Origin: Fimicolochytrium jonesii
Taxonomy: Eukaryota
Assembly (NCBI RefSeq): GCF_025526975.1
Contig: NW_026515669.1
Location: 1,922,001-1,986,000 of the forward strand
Reading direction: 5' to 3'
DNA length: 64,000 bases
The stretch's first letter is position 1. Each line of letters begins with the position of its first letter. The position numbers were made by a program, and so were the translations under genes. The notes under the pieces are model-generated. The model worked only from the letters and a program-made list of their open reading frames with translations, searched no databases and was not told where the DNA came from. Positions 49,391-62,509 of the stretch are shown one piece after another.

Positions 49391-50050
49391 ACCTCGTGCG
49401 TAGGGCAGATTCAGTGATATGTAGTATCTGTTCGTGCTGGGGGACAGAGCCTCTCCGAAACTCTACTTCTAAAAAGCAACTATACAAAGTTTTTGGTTCT
49501 GATTGTCTACTGTATGTGGGCAAACCGTGATCCACGCCTTTCACAAGTCATTGCCGTCCCTTATGCGTTGGTAGAAACCAGCGACATCGCCCGCGCCATC
49601 CAACGCAGCTGGCCCGATCTTGATTCAGAAAATGGGAACTTCTGGATGCAGTTTAGAGAATGGGACTTTCTGAAGACTACCGCCTTTTTAATGGAAAACC
49701 ACGTTGACAGGATGGGGGAGAGGAAGTGTTGTGCGGGGATGGGATTTGTGATGATAACATGGCAAGGTTTCCCTTTGGTCTCTAAAAAGGGAATAGAGTT
49801 CGGACAAGCGTTGGGAAGGGCGCGTGTCCGAACGCACAGACGTCGCTGAGTTCCCTTTCTTCGCACAGCACCAGCCCAATTGAACCCCACTGAACCCACT
49901 GGATCAGTGTGTTCACCAACGGAAAGATAGAAGAGACGCTGAGCATCTTGGGGAGGCAAGAGCAGTAGCATCCCACCGCAGGCACAGCACCAGTGCTCCG
50001 AAATCACACTCTCAACAACACTCCGTAATCCCCACCTACCCACAACCAAC

Positions 50051-53000
50051 ATGGTCCGTACCCACATCCCGTCCTCCGCCCCACCACCGCTCATCCCAAC
50101 CCGCCGCTAACTCACACCTCTCACCCGCAGGTCGACCGTAAACGCCCACGCCCCACCTCCCCAACCCGCCCCTTCAGCGACGACAACCCGGCCTCCTCGC
50201 CACCCCCCCGGAATGGCGATGAAGCGCAGCCATTTGAAGAGGAAGCAGAGGAAGCGGATGAAGTCTTCGTGGACGATGTGTTGGATATGATGGAGGAGGA
50301 GGAGGAGGAGGAAGGGGGGGAGGACTTGTTTGGGGATAATGTTGATGGGTATGTATGTGAAACTCGTCCTCCCTCTCTCTGTCCCTTGTGGTGTGGTGTG
50401 ATACCCCTTCACCACAGCAGACCTAAACCATTGATTTCTTTTTCCAACGGGAAACAGAGATTACCGTGAAAACGTGCGCCTCGACCGATACGAGATCGAC
50501 GACGCGGCCGAAGCCGAGGAGCTCGACGCGATGGATCTCGAGACCCGGCAGCTCGTGGAGGCGAAATTGAGACGGCGCGATCGCGAGGCGGCTAGACGGG
50601 AGGGGAGGTTGCCTGCTGCTTACATGGATGATGGTGAGTTGAGGTGGGGGGCATTTGCGAGGAGGGGGGGGGGGGGGGGGTTGATGGTTGCTGATTTTTA
50701 TTTGTTGAAGATGATGATGAGGATCTGGACGGCCCCATGCCTGTGCGCAGACGCCGGAGACATGGGTTGGACGATCTGCAGATGGATCTGGATGGCGAGG
50801 TACGAAAAACATCACCGCCTGTCTACACATCAATGCGGAACGGCGCTGAATGTAAGGGTGTTGCTTCTCTCCAGGTGGAAGTCCCCGCCGACATCTCCGA
50901 TGTGCGCGGCCCGCTCAACGAGTGGGTGATCATGGATGGCCCACGCCAGACCATCAAGCGCGAATTCCACCATTTCCTGACCTCGTTCGTGAACGAGCAG
51001 GGGGAGTCGGTCTATGGAGAGCGGATCCGGAATATGTGTGAAGGTAGGCTCGGTCAAACCGATCCGTTACCCACCACATAAAATCAAGTTCCCGCATATT
51101 CACAACTCCCGACGGTCAAAATCTTTCTTAGCCAACGGCGAATCCCTCGAAGTCAGCTACGTGCACCTCGCAGAAGTGAAACCGAACCTCGCCTTCTACG
51201 TTGCCAACGTGCCCGCCGAAACATTAAAGATCTTTGACGTTGTGGCCCTGGAGGTGGTGCTGATCGGGTTTGAGGAGTATGACAAGATCAAGAATGAGAT
51301 TCATGTCCGGATGACTGATTTGCCTATGTGTGAGACTTTGCGGGATCTGAGGTCTGTCCTGTTTATCTGTGTTTGCCTTTTTCTATATTCGTTTACAGAT
51401 GTTGTGATGTGACATTTTCCTAGACAAACACATCTCAACACCCTCGTCCGCGTCACGGGCGTCGTCACCCGCCGCACGGGCGTCTTCCCCCAACTGAAGT
51501 ACGTCAAGTACGACTGCGTGAAATGCGGTGCCGTCATTGGGCCGTACTACCAGGACGCCAACACGGAGATCCGGGTGGGAAACTGCACGAGTTGTCAGTC
51601 TAAAGGGCCCTTTAATGTTAATGCTGAGGAGGTTAGTTGGCTGGGTTTTGTCCCTCGCTCCCTTGAGTCGCCGTTGTTCTAAGACTGAGTGCTGACTGCG
51701 TGTCGGGAACGCTTTGACAGACGGTGTACAGGAATTATCAGCGTCTGACGCTCCAGGAAACTCCCGGATCGGTGCCCGCCGGACGTCTGCCGCGGCACAA
51801 GGATGTCATCTGCTTGTGGGATTTGGTCGACTATGCGAGGCCTGGAGAGGAAGTGGTACGTTTTCTTGACTTGGTTGATTTCCTCATGCTCCCGGTGTGT
51901 GATCGACCGCCATCGTTTGCTGAATTAGTGAAACCCCTCCCGTAAACAGGAAGTCACAGGAATCTACCGCAACAATTTCGACGTGTCGCTCAACACGCGC
52001 AACGGGTTCCCGGTCTTTGCCACGGTCATTGAGGCCAACTCGATCACGAAGAAGGAGGATGCATTTGCGAGCTTTAGGTTGACGGAGGATGATCAGAAGA
52101 AGATTCGGCAGTTGGCCAAGGATCCGAAGATTTTGAGTCGGGTACGTGTTTGAGAGGCGGTGTGAGTTGAAGGGTTGTGGGGAATGGATTCTAAATGTGT
52201 TGATGGTTTGCGCAGATCATCAAATCGATCGCGCCCTCCATTTACGGGCACGACGAGATCAAGACGGCGCTCTCTCTCGCCATGTTCGGCGGCGTCTTCA
52301 AGAACCCCCAAGGCAAGCACCGACTCCGTGGCGACATCAACGTCCTCCTCCTCGGCGACCCGGGAACGGCCAAATCGCAGTTCCTCAAATACGTCGAGAA
52401 AACCGCCCACCGCGCCGTCTACACCACCGGCCAGGGCGCGTCCGCCGTCGGTCTCACCGCCTCGGTGCACAAGGACACGGTCACGCGCGAATGGACCCTC
52501 GAAGGCGGCGCGCTAGTCATGGCCGACAAGGGCGTGTGCCTGATCGACGAGTTTGACAAAATGAACGACCAGGACCGCACATCCATCCACGAAGCCATGG
52601 AGCAGCAGAGCATCTCGATCTCCAAAGCGGGCATCGTCACCACCCTGCAGGCCCGCTGCGCCGTCATCGCCGCCGCCAACCCGATCCGCGGACGATACAA
52701 CTCCCAAGTCCCCTTTTCGCAGAACGTGGAGCTGACCGAACCCATCTTGTCCCGGTTCGATGTGCTGTGTGTTGTGAGGGATCTGGCGGATCCCGTGGTT
52801 GATGAGCGGCTGGCGCAGTTTGTGGTCAATAGCCATATACGCAGTCATCCGTTGTATCAGAAGGATCAGGATGTGGAGGATTGTGTGGCGCCGCCGCAGG
52901 ATGAGGATGTGAGTTTTTGGCGGAGTTGAAACTCTGCGGGTTTGTGTGGGAGGCGTTTGTGGCTGACTGTTATGTGCGACTTGTGTGTGTGATTTGTAGA

Positions 53001-53749
53001 TCATCCCGCAAGACTTGCTGAAGAAGTACATCATGTACGCGCGCGACAAGGTGTACCCGCGCATCGCCGATATCGACCATAACAAGCTCGAGAAGCTGTA
53101 TGCGGAGCTGAGGCGGGAATCTATGGTGCGTATTATTCCATTCATCTTCATTTCATATAACCCCAAGCTGACCCCCAACCCATGCTTTAGATGACGGGCG
53201 GGATCCCCATCACGGTCCGGTACCTCGAATCCATCGTGCGCATGTCGGAAGCGTTTGCGCGCATGCATCTGCGCGACTTTGTGAGGCAGGACGATGTCGA
53301 CCGCGCCATCTCGGTCACGATCCGGAGCTTTATCTCGTCGCAGAAGTATTCGGTGAAGAAGCAGATGGAGAGGGTACGCGCTGGTGTCATTTCCCGTTTC
53401 CCCCCGGGCGAAAAAAAAAAACGTCATGGCAGTCTCATCACCTGTCGGCACATCTAACCCATCCCCTTGTAATCCCACACAGGCATTCGACAAATACCTC
53501 TCCCGCGACCGCGACTTCTTCGAGCTCCTCCAACACATCCTCTCCGAGCTTGTCGCCGAACATATCCGCTTCGACTTTTACCGCAACGACGCCATGCCCA
53601 CCGGCGAGATCCGCATCGACGCTGAGGAGCTGGTGGTCCGCGCCCGCCAGCTGAACATACATGATTTGGCGCCGTATTACCAGAGCAGGATCTTTAGGAG
53701 TGCCTTTAGGTTGGATGAACGGGCGGGGGTTATTGTTAAGAAGATGTAG
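50051..53749 (+). CDS. MCM2: DNA replication licensing factor Mcm2
   Basis: Multi-exon. Acidic GEDLFGDN N-terminus, [80 protein letters not shown] and PILSRFD. Confidence 0.97.
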
Positions 53750-54021
53750 GGATAATAGTAGCATATGAATTTCTGGACGCACCATGGAATGGATTCCGTT
53801 CGAGGTTGTGCTTACTTCCATGCCAAATGTGCAACTTCCATGCCATGGGATATAGTACAAATAACAGACATAACAGACAACTCAAAACTCCAGACGCGTC
53901 AGGACAGCAGCTTCTTGCATCCATGCAAAAGCAACCCCCTTTCTGAGCAGACATATTCGGTACGCCACAGTTGTGCCGTACGCCACTGTAGTGCCACTAT
54001 AGTACACAAGATAGATACAAC

Positions 54022-57000
54022 TCAAAACTCCAGCTTAACCTCCCACTCCCTCCCAACAATTACCGCCGGATCCCTCAACGTAACCCTCACCAGCCCATCC
54101 GCCAGCTTTTCACTCTCCACCAGCACCTCCCTATCACTCTTCTTCCCGCCCTCAGTCACAACGACGCGTTTCGGCGCCGTTTTCAAGCCTACAATCACCA
54201 ACCGCTCCACGCGTGAGCCGACCTCGGTGATCGTCGACTCGGACGGGGCAGAGGTTTGGGTGGTGTGAAGGGTGCTGCTGAGCGTGTTGTGGGTGTAGGA
54301 GAGGGCTGAGAGGATGTACTTGTTCTCTTGGTATTGGAAGGTGTGGCCGTCGTCGGCGTAGAGTTCGCCGTGGGCTTGTCCCTACGTTGCCGATATATGA
54401 GTGAGACCTGATTCCAACGCTCGCAATTACAAATGAGGGTTTGCCACCCACCTGTTGATCCAAAGCAACCCATAACGTGTAAGGGTCGCGCAACATAAGG
54501 TTCGAGGCGCGGCGGACTCGCTCGCGTCTGGGGATGATGCTTCCGCCCCGCAGGAGGACCGGGATCCTTTCTTGCGGAGTCTTGATTGTGACATGGCCGG
54601 AGGTTGAGGCCGCGAGCTTCGCGTGGGTGTGGTAGTCGTACCATACCTGAAAAAAAGTGAGGTCATTATAACTGCACTTTTTCTGAAGGTGTGAGCACAC
54701 AAACACGATACATACCGATGCCTGGGGTACGTAGACGTTCACGCTCTCCTGGTCCTTGCTAATAACAGGCTTGACCAGAATGCCACTTCCGAGCATAAAC
54801 TGATCACCGATCGCGAAAGTGGCTTCATCCTCAGGAAACTCCGCAAGCAATGGTCTGTCCAACGGGTCAATCGTGAGCCTCAACCACGCCACGAAAAGCT
54901 CTATGCAAGCGAGTCCCAAACGTACCTCATTATAGGCGCCCCAGACCTCGTAGCCTCCGCGAACAAGGTATAGATGTATGGCAGAATCTTGTAGCGCTCC
55001 CTGATCGCGGCTCGGATCAAGGAGGTGTAGGGCTCGCCGAAAAGCCATGGTTCGCGACGCTTCGTGTCGATGTGGGCGTGTGCTCGGAAGAAAGGCTGAA
55101 AGGCTGCGACTTGGTACCATCGAACCAGGAGGTCGGGTTCGGGGTTGCCGAAGAATCCTCCGACGTCAGCTGCAAGATTACAAAGTACAGAGATTTAGTA
55201 GGGATAATCTTACACAAACGATATTGATGGCCAAACTCCCTACCTCCGCTAAACACGACCCCCGAGGTCCCAACAGACAACAACATCGGGACCGAAGCCT
55301 CCAAATGATCCCACTTGGCAAAATTGTCTCCAGTCCAGATAGCCCCATACCGCTGCGTCCCCGCAAAGAAAGCACGGGACAAAATGAACGGGCGTTCCTT
55401 ATTGTCCGATCGCAGCAGATGTCCCTCATAACTCGATCGGTGTAGCAGTGTACCATAGACGTTGTGCACGTCGCGGTGCTCGACGCCGCCGTTATGGAGC
55501 GCGTCTTTGGGCATGGTGATCTCTGGCCCGGTGAAGACGGAGGGCTCGTTCATGTCGTTCCAGGTGAAGAGGGAGGGCGTTGAGCCCTTGTATTCGGAAA
55601 ACTTGAAACGCTCGGCCCAGTACTTGCGTGCTTTTTCGTCGGTGTAGTCGATCCAGCTTGAGCTGCCTGTGAGTGAGTTAGTTTTAGCCAAATCGGTTGA
55701 GCTTTCAGTATGCCGTTGTGTGAAGCTTACCTGGCCAGCACCACCCGTCGACATCGTTGCCGTTCTTGTCTTTGATAAAGATTCCCAGGTCTTTTGCTTC
55801 CTTATAGACTTTGTAGCTGTCATCTCGTTTGATATGCGGATCAATGATCGTCACCATCTACACGAAAGTCCACGGTGTCAGATGAAACCCCCTCGCGATC
55901 GACGATAGCGAGTAGCGTCAACCAACCTTCCGTCCCTTCACAGCCAAATTGTTCTGCATCTGTTCCGAATTAGGAAACTTGGCACTGTCCCACGTGAAAT
56001 ATCGTTTGCCATCGGTATGTTCGATATCGAGCCAAAGCACATCGTACGGGATATCAAATTTGTCGAAATTGGCGTCCACATCCGCAACATCCTGCTCATC
56101 AATGTAATTCCACCGACACTGATGGTACGCAACAGCGAAATGCTGCGGCAACACCGGCCGTCCAGTCAGCGCAGTGAACGAGTCAAAGATATCCATCGGT
56201 TTCGTGCCCAGGAAGATAAACACATCAAAAGCGCCCGATTCAGCCATCCAGTGTGCCGTCGTGCTCGCTTTGGGCGCCTTGTGCGATCCGAACGGGAGCC
56301 ATTTGGAGGCTTTCGACAAGATATCGCTCTCGTCGTGTTTCTCAACGTCCACCCACATCTCGGCGGCGTTCATCCAGTACAGGCCGGCTGAGACGCCTTT
56401 TTTGTGGGAGAACATGAATGGGATCGAGCCGTATAGAGCCATAGGGCTGTCGAGGATGTACTCGGCGACATCAAGGTTGTACAGACGGTAGGGGTCATCG
56501 TAGACTTTTCCTTTGCCCCTTGTCGGCAGGAGGGAAAAGTTCGCCGCATGCTCCGGCAGTCCATACACGTTGCTGGACCCAGGGAAGGAAATGTCAAATC
56601 CCATCGATGCCGGGCCTTTTGAGAGCGAGTTGATTAGGAGCGACACTCAACGGCTGTGGCGAACATTTATCGTCTTACCATTAGGCTTCGAATCAGTTGT
56701 ACTCTTGAACGTCTCCTCCCACAAATCCTTGTTCAGCGCCTCTTTCAGCTTCTTCTCTTCATCATCCGTGATCCCTGTCTCAACAACAAGATCTCCAGAC
56801 GAAGAGGAAGCATCCTGGTTCGCAAGGCCAGCGGCCACGTCCTTCTCCCTCCAATGCTCGTAATAAAAGTAACCGTGTTCATTGAAAGTCACGGCGGGAA
56901 CATTGTTGACACTCAGCGAGAAAGCAAATGGCTTGGCGCGGATCACCAGGGAGTTCTGCTTTTTCTCCCCAAAAACAACGGTCGTCTCCGAGGAGTCCTT

Positions 57001-57462
57001 GCTATTCGTCGAGCTGCTGATTGGCACTGACTTGGGCAGCTCTGATGCTAGCGCGAGATCGCCGGACAACTCATAACGAGACTTAACGGGCCGAGTCTCC
57101 TTTATCTGCACACGCGCGGTATTTCTTTCCAATAGAGATACGGAGAGTGAGAACGGGATCTTGTTCTCCGCATCCAGCAGCGACGCCGTCACCAAGCCCG
57201 CCTTCTCATCGAATTTCAGCGACCCGGCAACAAGCTCATAAGGCGAGAGCCGCGAGTCCTTCGAGTCATTGTACACTTTGTCGGCAAAGTCTGCGTACGC
57301 CCGCTGCCGAACGCAGAATGCGCTCTGATCGCAGCGCTTGAAGTCGTCGGATTTCACCATGTAGCCGGGAGCGGGGAAGAGCGCTACTAGGAGCACCGCG
57401 GCGCATGCGATCTGGGTTTTCCAGCCGGCGGAGATGGTGGGCTTGCGCCTGACTGAAGCCAT
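54022..57462 (-). CDS. ROT2: Glucosidase II alpha subunit (GH31)
   Basis: Signal peptide, [65 protein letters not shown] and AIWTGDN. About 8 exons. Confidence 0.95.
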
Positions 57463-57719
57463 CGCCGAGAGATCGCTGTGTGTGTTGGATAACCTGACCG
57501 GTAATTAAGTCCGGACTCTATATAGTAGACGGCAGAAAGTGTCTTGCGCCCTTAGCACAGGGGATCAGAGACTATATGAGAGTGAATTCGAAGTCTACTA
57601 TGCTACCGGATCGCGCTGTCGAGCCGACGGGCCTTGATCTTTGGCGCTTCCAGCCTGGAAACATGACGTGCAACTCACATATAGTCGCTGTTTGCGTTCC
57701 CCCCTCCAGAACAGAGACT

Positions 57720-58060
57720 GTAGATTATTGGCTGTTACTGGCGCAGAAGGCTGTGATTGGCTGTTACTCGAATGTAACCCTAACTGTCAGTCATTTCCTC
57801 CGGAACGCTGTTATTGGCTGCTAGGCGCGCGGAAAGCTGTGATTGGCTTCTCGTCGCACATGTAACCCTAACTGTAAGACGCGGTGCCTAAGGTTCCTTC
57901 CCATTGGCCACGCTTCCGATTGACCAATGGGACCCCTACTTCGCCGCCAGCCTAACGTTCCTTCCCATCGGCCATGCTTCCCATTGTGGCCAATGGGAAC
58001 CCTACGTGGCCTTCCCATTGGTAAGCAACTCCGCCGACGCCGGCCTAACGTTCCTTCAGT
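57720..58060. repeat. Degenerate tandem repeats with multiple CCAAT boxes in a divergent intergenic/promoter region
   Basis: ATTGGCT x4, TGTAACCCTAACTGT x2, CCTAA(G/C)GTTCCTTC x3 and CAATGGGA(A)CCCTAC x2. Confidence 0.7.
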
Positions 58061-58193
58061 TGCTTCTTCGACGTCTTCCAAAACCCTAAAAGCCAGCGCT
58101 CTCGAACACTCCTGCGAGCCGTTCACAAGCATCAGGGAGAGCGGTACCGCCCGTTAATCACTCTATTGAGCGGTCCGTTTCCAAGCCAGCCAG

Positions 58194-59167
58194 ATGACAT
58201 CCATCAGGAAGCCGGTGGATCGCATTTATTTGACCAGTCGTCAGGCTCGGGAGGTAACCGGGCGATGTTGCACTAGTTTTGGGGTGATAAGCGGCATATC
58301 TGACAGCCTGGAATCTAGGCTAGGGCTTTCAACGATGCTCCTTTCTCGTCAACATGTTAGTTCCACTTTGCTTCTAACGCCTTGTGTAATATACCATTCT
58401 GACCCGAGATCCCAAATTACATAGCTCGAGCATCATACAAACCGCATGATGTAAGTCAGGAGCAGAGCCCTTCAACTTAGAAGTAAATTCATAATATAAA
58501 ACCGCATCCGCAAACAGGTAATATCGATCCTCAAAGAAGAACGAGCAGAATACGACAAAAACAAAGGCAAAGCCCGCCACGCCGGCGAATGGTGGGACAA
58601 ATCCAACGATCCCCGACTCCCGTCCTCTTCCCAACCCAACAAACACGCCGAAACGATCTATAGAGACAGCTTCAAATCCCAGGACTACGCCAAATGGCTC
58701 CGCAGCGTCGCCAACGTTCCCGTCGCGGGGAACAAAAGCGCTCCGAATGATGGCGCGGCGCCGACGGGACCTAGTGTGGCGGCTGCCGCGGCTGCGAACC
58801 CGTTGGCGAAGCGGCAGGTGGTGAAACCGGCGACAGCGCCCGGGGATTTTATGAAGGATTGGGGACAGCATAGGGTTAGGAAGCAGGTGTCGGGGGAGGA
58901 CAGTGGGCGGTATGATATCATTACGGGTACGTGCTTACTGACACGCCGTTGACCACTGGAGGTTGAGCCAATGCTCATGTCTACTCTTCTCCGGCAGGCT
59001 CGAGGCTGTTATCGTCATCGCAATCCATCAGGCCGTTGAGGATGTCGTACGATAAAGTTGAAAACGGAAGGGACAGGAGCTACGACATAATCTCTAATGT
59101 CAAGCTGGTACCATTACCTTCGGTAAGCTTTCCGAGGCGCTTTTCATATGTACATGCACCTCTCTGA
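58194..59167 (+). CDS. Hypothetical multi-exon protein (possible flagellar microtubule-associated protein)
   Basis: In-frame exons ~58424-58450, 58518-58926 and 58998-59167 with GT-AG introns. Motifs ETIYRDSF, RYDIITG and RSYDIISN. The 5' end is uncertain. Confidence 0.5.
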
Positions 59168-59379
59168 GACTCCTCCAAGCAGGAAGCGGATGTACAAGGA
59201 TGATGATAAGGATGATGATGGTGAATCAAGGACTCGAAGTTGCTCCGCTACATTGTGCAGTGCATTACTACGTAATAGATACCCTATCGTACACCAGGAC
59301 CTCCTTGTCTATCGGTGCCGATGTCTATGTCTATGTCTCATTTCTACATCTGCTTGCACCATCGCCGATGGTTCATTTC

Positions 59380-60682
59380 TCAAAATTGTAGCTTGACAAT
59401 CTCACGACGCACGGAGTGCGCCTCGACCCATACGCTCTGTATCTCTTTCGCCGAGCCATCCTCCTCCACCAACTGCAGGAACTGCGGTAGGGACCCTGAA
59501 CAGCCAAAATATGTCGTTTTGGCGGCCACATATCTGCAAAAAGTGTCTGTGTGTGAGTCCTCTCTAAAGTGGGAGTGGGCGATAAGATTAGAGGGACGCA
59601 CGCTATGCCACCAGGTTTTATCACCGCTTTGATCAGATCGAGCAGCTTGCGATGCGAGTCTGCTGAGTAGATCGTCTCGGATGTCAGTATTATGTCGTAC
59701 TTTTGTTCTGCAGACATGTCGGCGAGCTTGTCCTAGGAAAGTCCGGAAAGTTTAGCTCAATGGTTATACAACCGAGCTCAATCTTAGCTTTGCACCTTCA
59801 AGGATGCCCAGTCCCCTGCCCAAAAATTGACTGGGAGCGTGGCCAATTTCGTGAAATCCAAGTCCACCTCGACATTTCCCCCTTCATGTTCATCTTCTGG
59901 TGGAAGTTCTGTGGCGATGTTCAACAGTACGTTGGGTATGGTGACGAGCCGAAGTACTTCCTCGTTCTAGAAAGATGATTTAGCGTAAGGGTTGATACGC
60001 TGGTGAGACCTTTCAAACTTTGACGTACATAGTCCTGCAGATCCACCAAAGCACCCTTCCCGAGGCAGAAGATCCCAGGAAGCGACGACCCACACCCCAG
60101 CTTTCTCAAAAATCAGTCGTATGATGTCGCGCTGCATAAGCCGCCTGTGCATTGCCCTCACCTCAAAAACCCTCTTCCCTTGCAGCTGCTCAGCCTCATG
60201 TGTCGCTAGGTAGTTTACCAGATCGACCGCACATTCCCATGTCTTGAGCCCTCCCTCGTACCTCCCAGGTATCAGGTCCGATTGCGACAGGATCGCGTCG
60301 CGAAAGTAATCTGCTTTTTCGAGCTTGTCCGTAACGGCTACTTCCCATTTTATGTCGGCGAGGCTCCGTCGATGGAAGGCCCCACCTTCAGTGAGAAGGC
60401 AGTCCCCGATTACTGTCAGTTCTCTGGAAAGCTAGGGGGAGAGCGTCAGAAAGAACAGCTACGCTTTGAAGTCGCCTGAGCCGTTCCTTACGAGTGCGTC
60501 GTCCAGAGCAATGAGGTTTGCCGGCGCCTCAGGGGTTGCAGGTGGCTGCCCTATCGTCAGAGAGTTGGCTTGCCCGACACTTGCTTCCTAGTAGACGTTC
60601 TTCAGTTTTAGCAATGAAGTGAAGCGGAATGGGAATCGTTCAAAGAAGGACCTACCTCGCCACCAAAACTGAAAAATGACAT
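59380..60682 (-). CDS. HPM1: Protein-histidine N-methyltransferase (METTL18/Hpm1)
   Basis: Exons encode MSFFSFG, FHRRSLADIK, SDLIPGRYEGGLKTWECAVDL, E-LGCGSSLPGI, QDYNEEVL..TIPN, GDW, YDIILTSETIY and AAKTTYFGCSGS. Confidence 0.9.
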
Positions 60683-61195
60683 TCTCTACTACCGAAGACT
60701 GAAAAGAAAAGGACTAGAGAGGATTGCGCTGCTTCTTCCACAGTTCCCAAAAGTGCCCTGGCCGTCGATGTAGAATCGAATTTTGGACTTCTGCTCGACT
60801 TGTCTGACGCCAGGGTGGTGATTATTATGGGGAATCAAAAAAGGATGTGCCAGGGAACATGTTCCAGGGACAAGGATGTACGTGTTCCGGTCGCCGGTCG
60901 TCTTGGGATTCCGCCCTGGTGGGTCTCCAGTCCCAGGGATTCCGACGGTATCCCTGACAAAACCAGTTCCCTTTACCAGCCCAGACCATGGTAAACCATC
61001 TTCGCCACGGCATGAGAAGCACGCAAAATCCGGCGTGTTACAAAGAGGAGTTTATACCCAGAACCAGCGCAGGAAGGGCCGAGTAACACCGCAATCCAGA
61101 CCGCAGAACGACCTCCGGACAACGCGTTTTTCTCGCACATGGTGAGGAAAACACGGAAAACGTGCTTCTCCGTCGTCGCTGTCGAAAACTCCTCA

Positions 61196-61897
61196 TATTC
61201 TGTCCTTCTTACTCTTTTCTTCACTCCAATACATGTTTTCAGCCCTCTCGGAAGGGCCCAATATCGTCCAAGTTTCCTCTGACGTTACAATGATGGAGCG
61301 GGGGAGGTCGATAACTTCTATGGACGTCATTTTGGAGCGAGGGGGTTGCAGCGCTGTCACCGGCAAGGGCGTTGGGGAGGGGTTGGAGTGGGTTGTGGCG
61401 GATGTGGGGGGGAGGATATATATGTTGAATTAGCGGGCGGAGGGGACAAGGGGACTGGGAGGGGGGTACGGGTTAGTACGTTACGTTGTAGGAATGGAGG
61501 TCAGATGGAGGTGTCGAAAAATGGCCAACGACACTCCCACCTTGTGCCTCGGGAGGCGACAGGACGGCTTCGTTTCAAATTTACGGCCTTTCGGACGAAA
61601 AGGACGATTTCGAATGCGGTCTCGTTCCATGTTCAGATCCTCCAAATCCAGGAAAAGCTGATGCATGACAGTTTCAAGGGCCTTTATTTCGTGCTTCAGA
61701 ATGCTGATCCGTACTTCGTAGTCTTTGAACAGCTTCTCCATCACAAATACCCAGCCCACCCCGAAAAACAGGACCTGGGAGCCAAAGACCACAAGCGTCG
61801 ATTCTACAAGGTTGCTTGTGGAGCTTTTAGTTGCGTCGAGTGGCACGGGCGGCGGCGGCGTCAGACCGGCCACCGTATTCGAACCTACGATTGACAT
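61196..61897 (-). pseudogene. Chimeric or truncated GPR89/Golgi pH regulator (GPHR) fragment gene
   Basis: SQVLFFGVGWVFVMEKLFKDYEVR (GPHR TM1) is fused directly to ISILKHEIKALETVMHQLFLDLEDLNMERDRI (GPHR mid-loop). Unrelated sequence follows, including a TACTAAC..CAG acceptor near 61455. Confidence 0.65.
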
Positions 61898-62509
61898 CCT
61901 TACTGTAGTGGCATTCGCGTTTATTGCCTGTCAATTGCACCGGTGGGGTGGGTAATTTGGAGGACAGTCAACTCGTATACGTGGCGGAAAGCTAGGCTAT
62001 ATACATAGATACTGCACAACGCACAGACAAATGAGTGAGGGAGTCTGGGTGCTCCTTCCCGGGTCTGCTGTGTGGTGACGATGGAGGTTGGAACTTGGAA
62101 CGGGATCGACGGAGGTTGGGAAAGTTCCCTCTATTGGAACAAGGGCTTTCTCAGGCGAAATTCGTGAAGTTCGGCCACGATCTTTGTCATATGCTCCACA
62201 TTAGGCGACATTAGGGGCCTTCAGGGTTCGAATATTACATACAGTACAAGCGTCGGCCGGGCGAGGCACGCGCTTTCGCACGCGGGCCCAGCGGCGTCGC
62301 TTTTCCCTCACTTTTCCCCACGTTGTTTTCCCGTCCTGCTTTTCCGTTCGCAAAGCTTCAATAATTTACATACGTTTATTTACACCCCACCCATTAACAT
62401 TTACACCCAGGCCCATCCCAAGAAAAAAAGGAAGCCATCCCCAAACCTCCATAGGAAAGCTAACACATCCACAGTCCACGCTGCGATAATACGTCACCTC
62501 GCACCCCGC

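Noticed and set aside
57773..57875. TAACCCTAA as telomere sequence or a CRISPR-like array
   Set aside because: Only isolated copies within degenerate repeats, no constant repeat-spacer structure, and a eukaryotic context.
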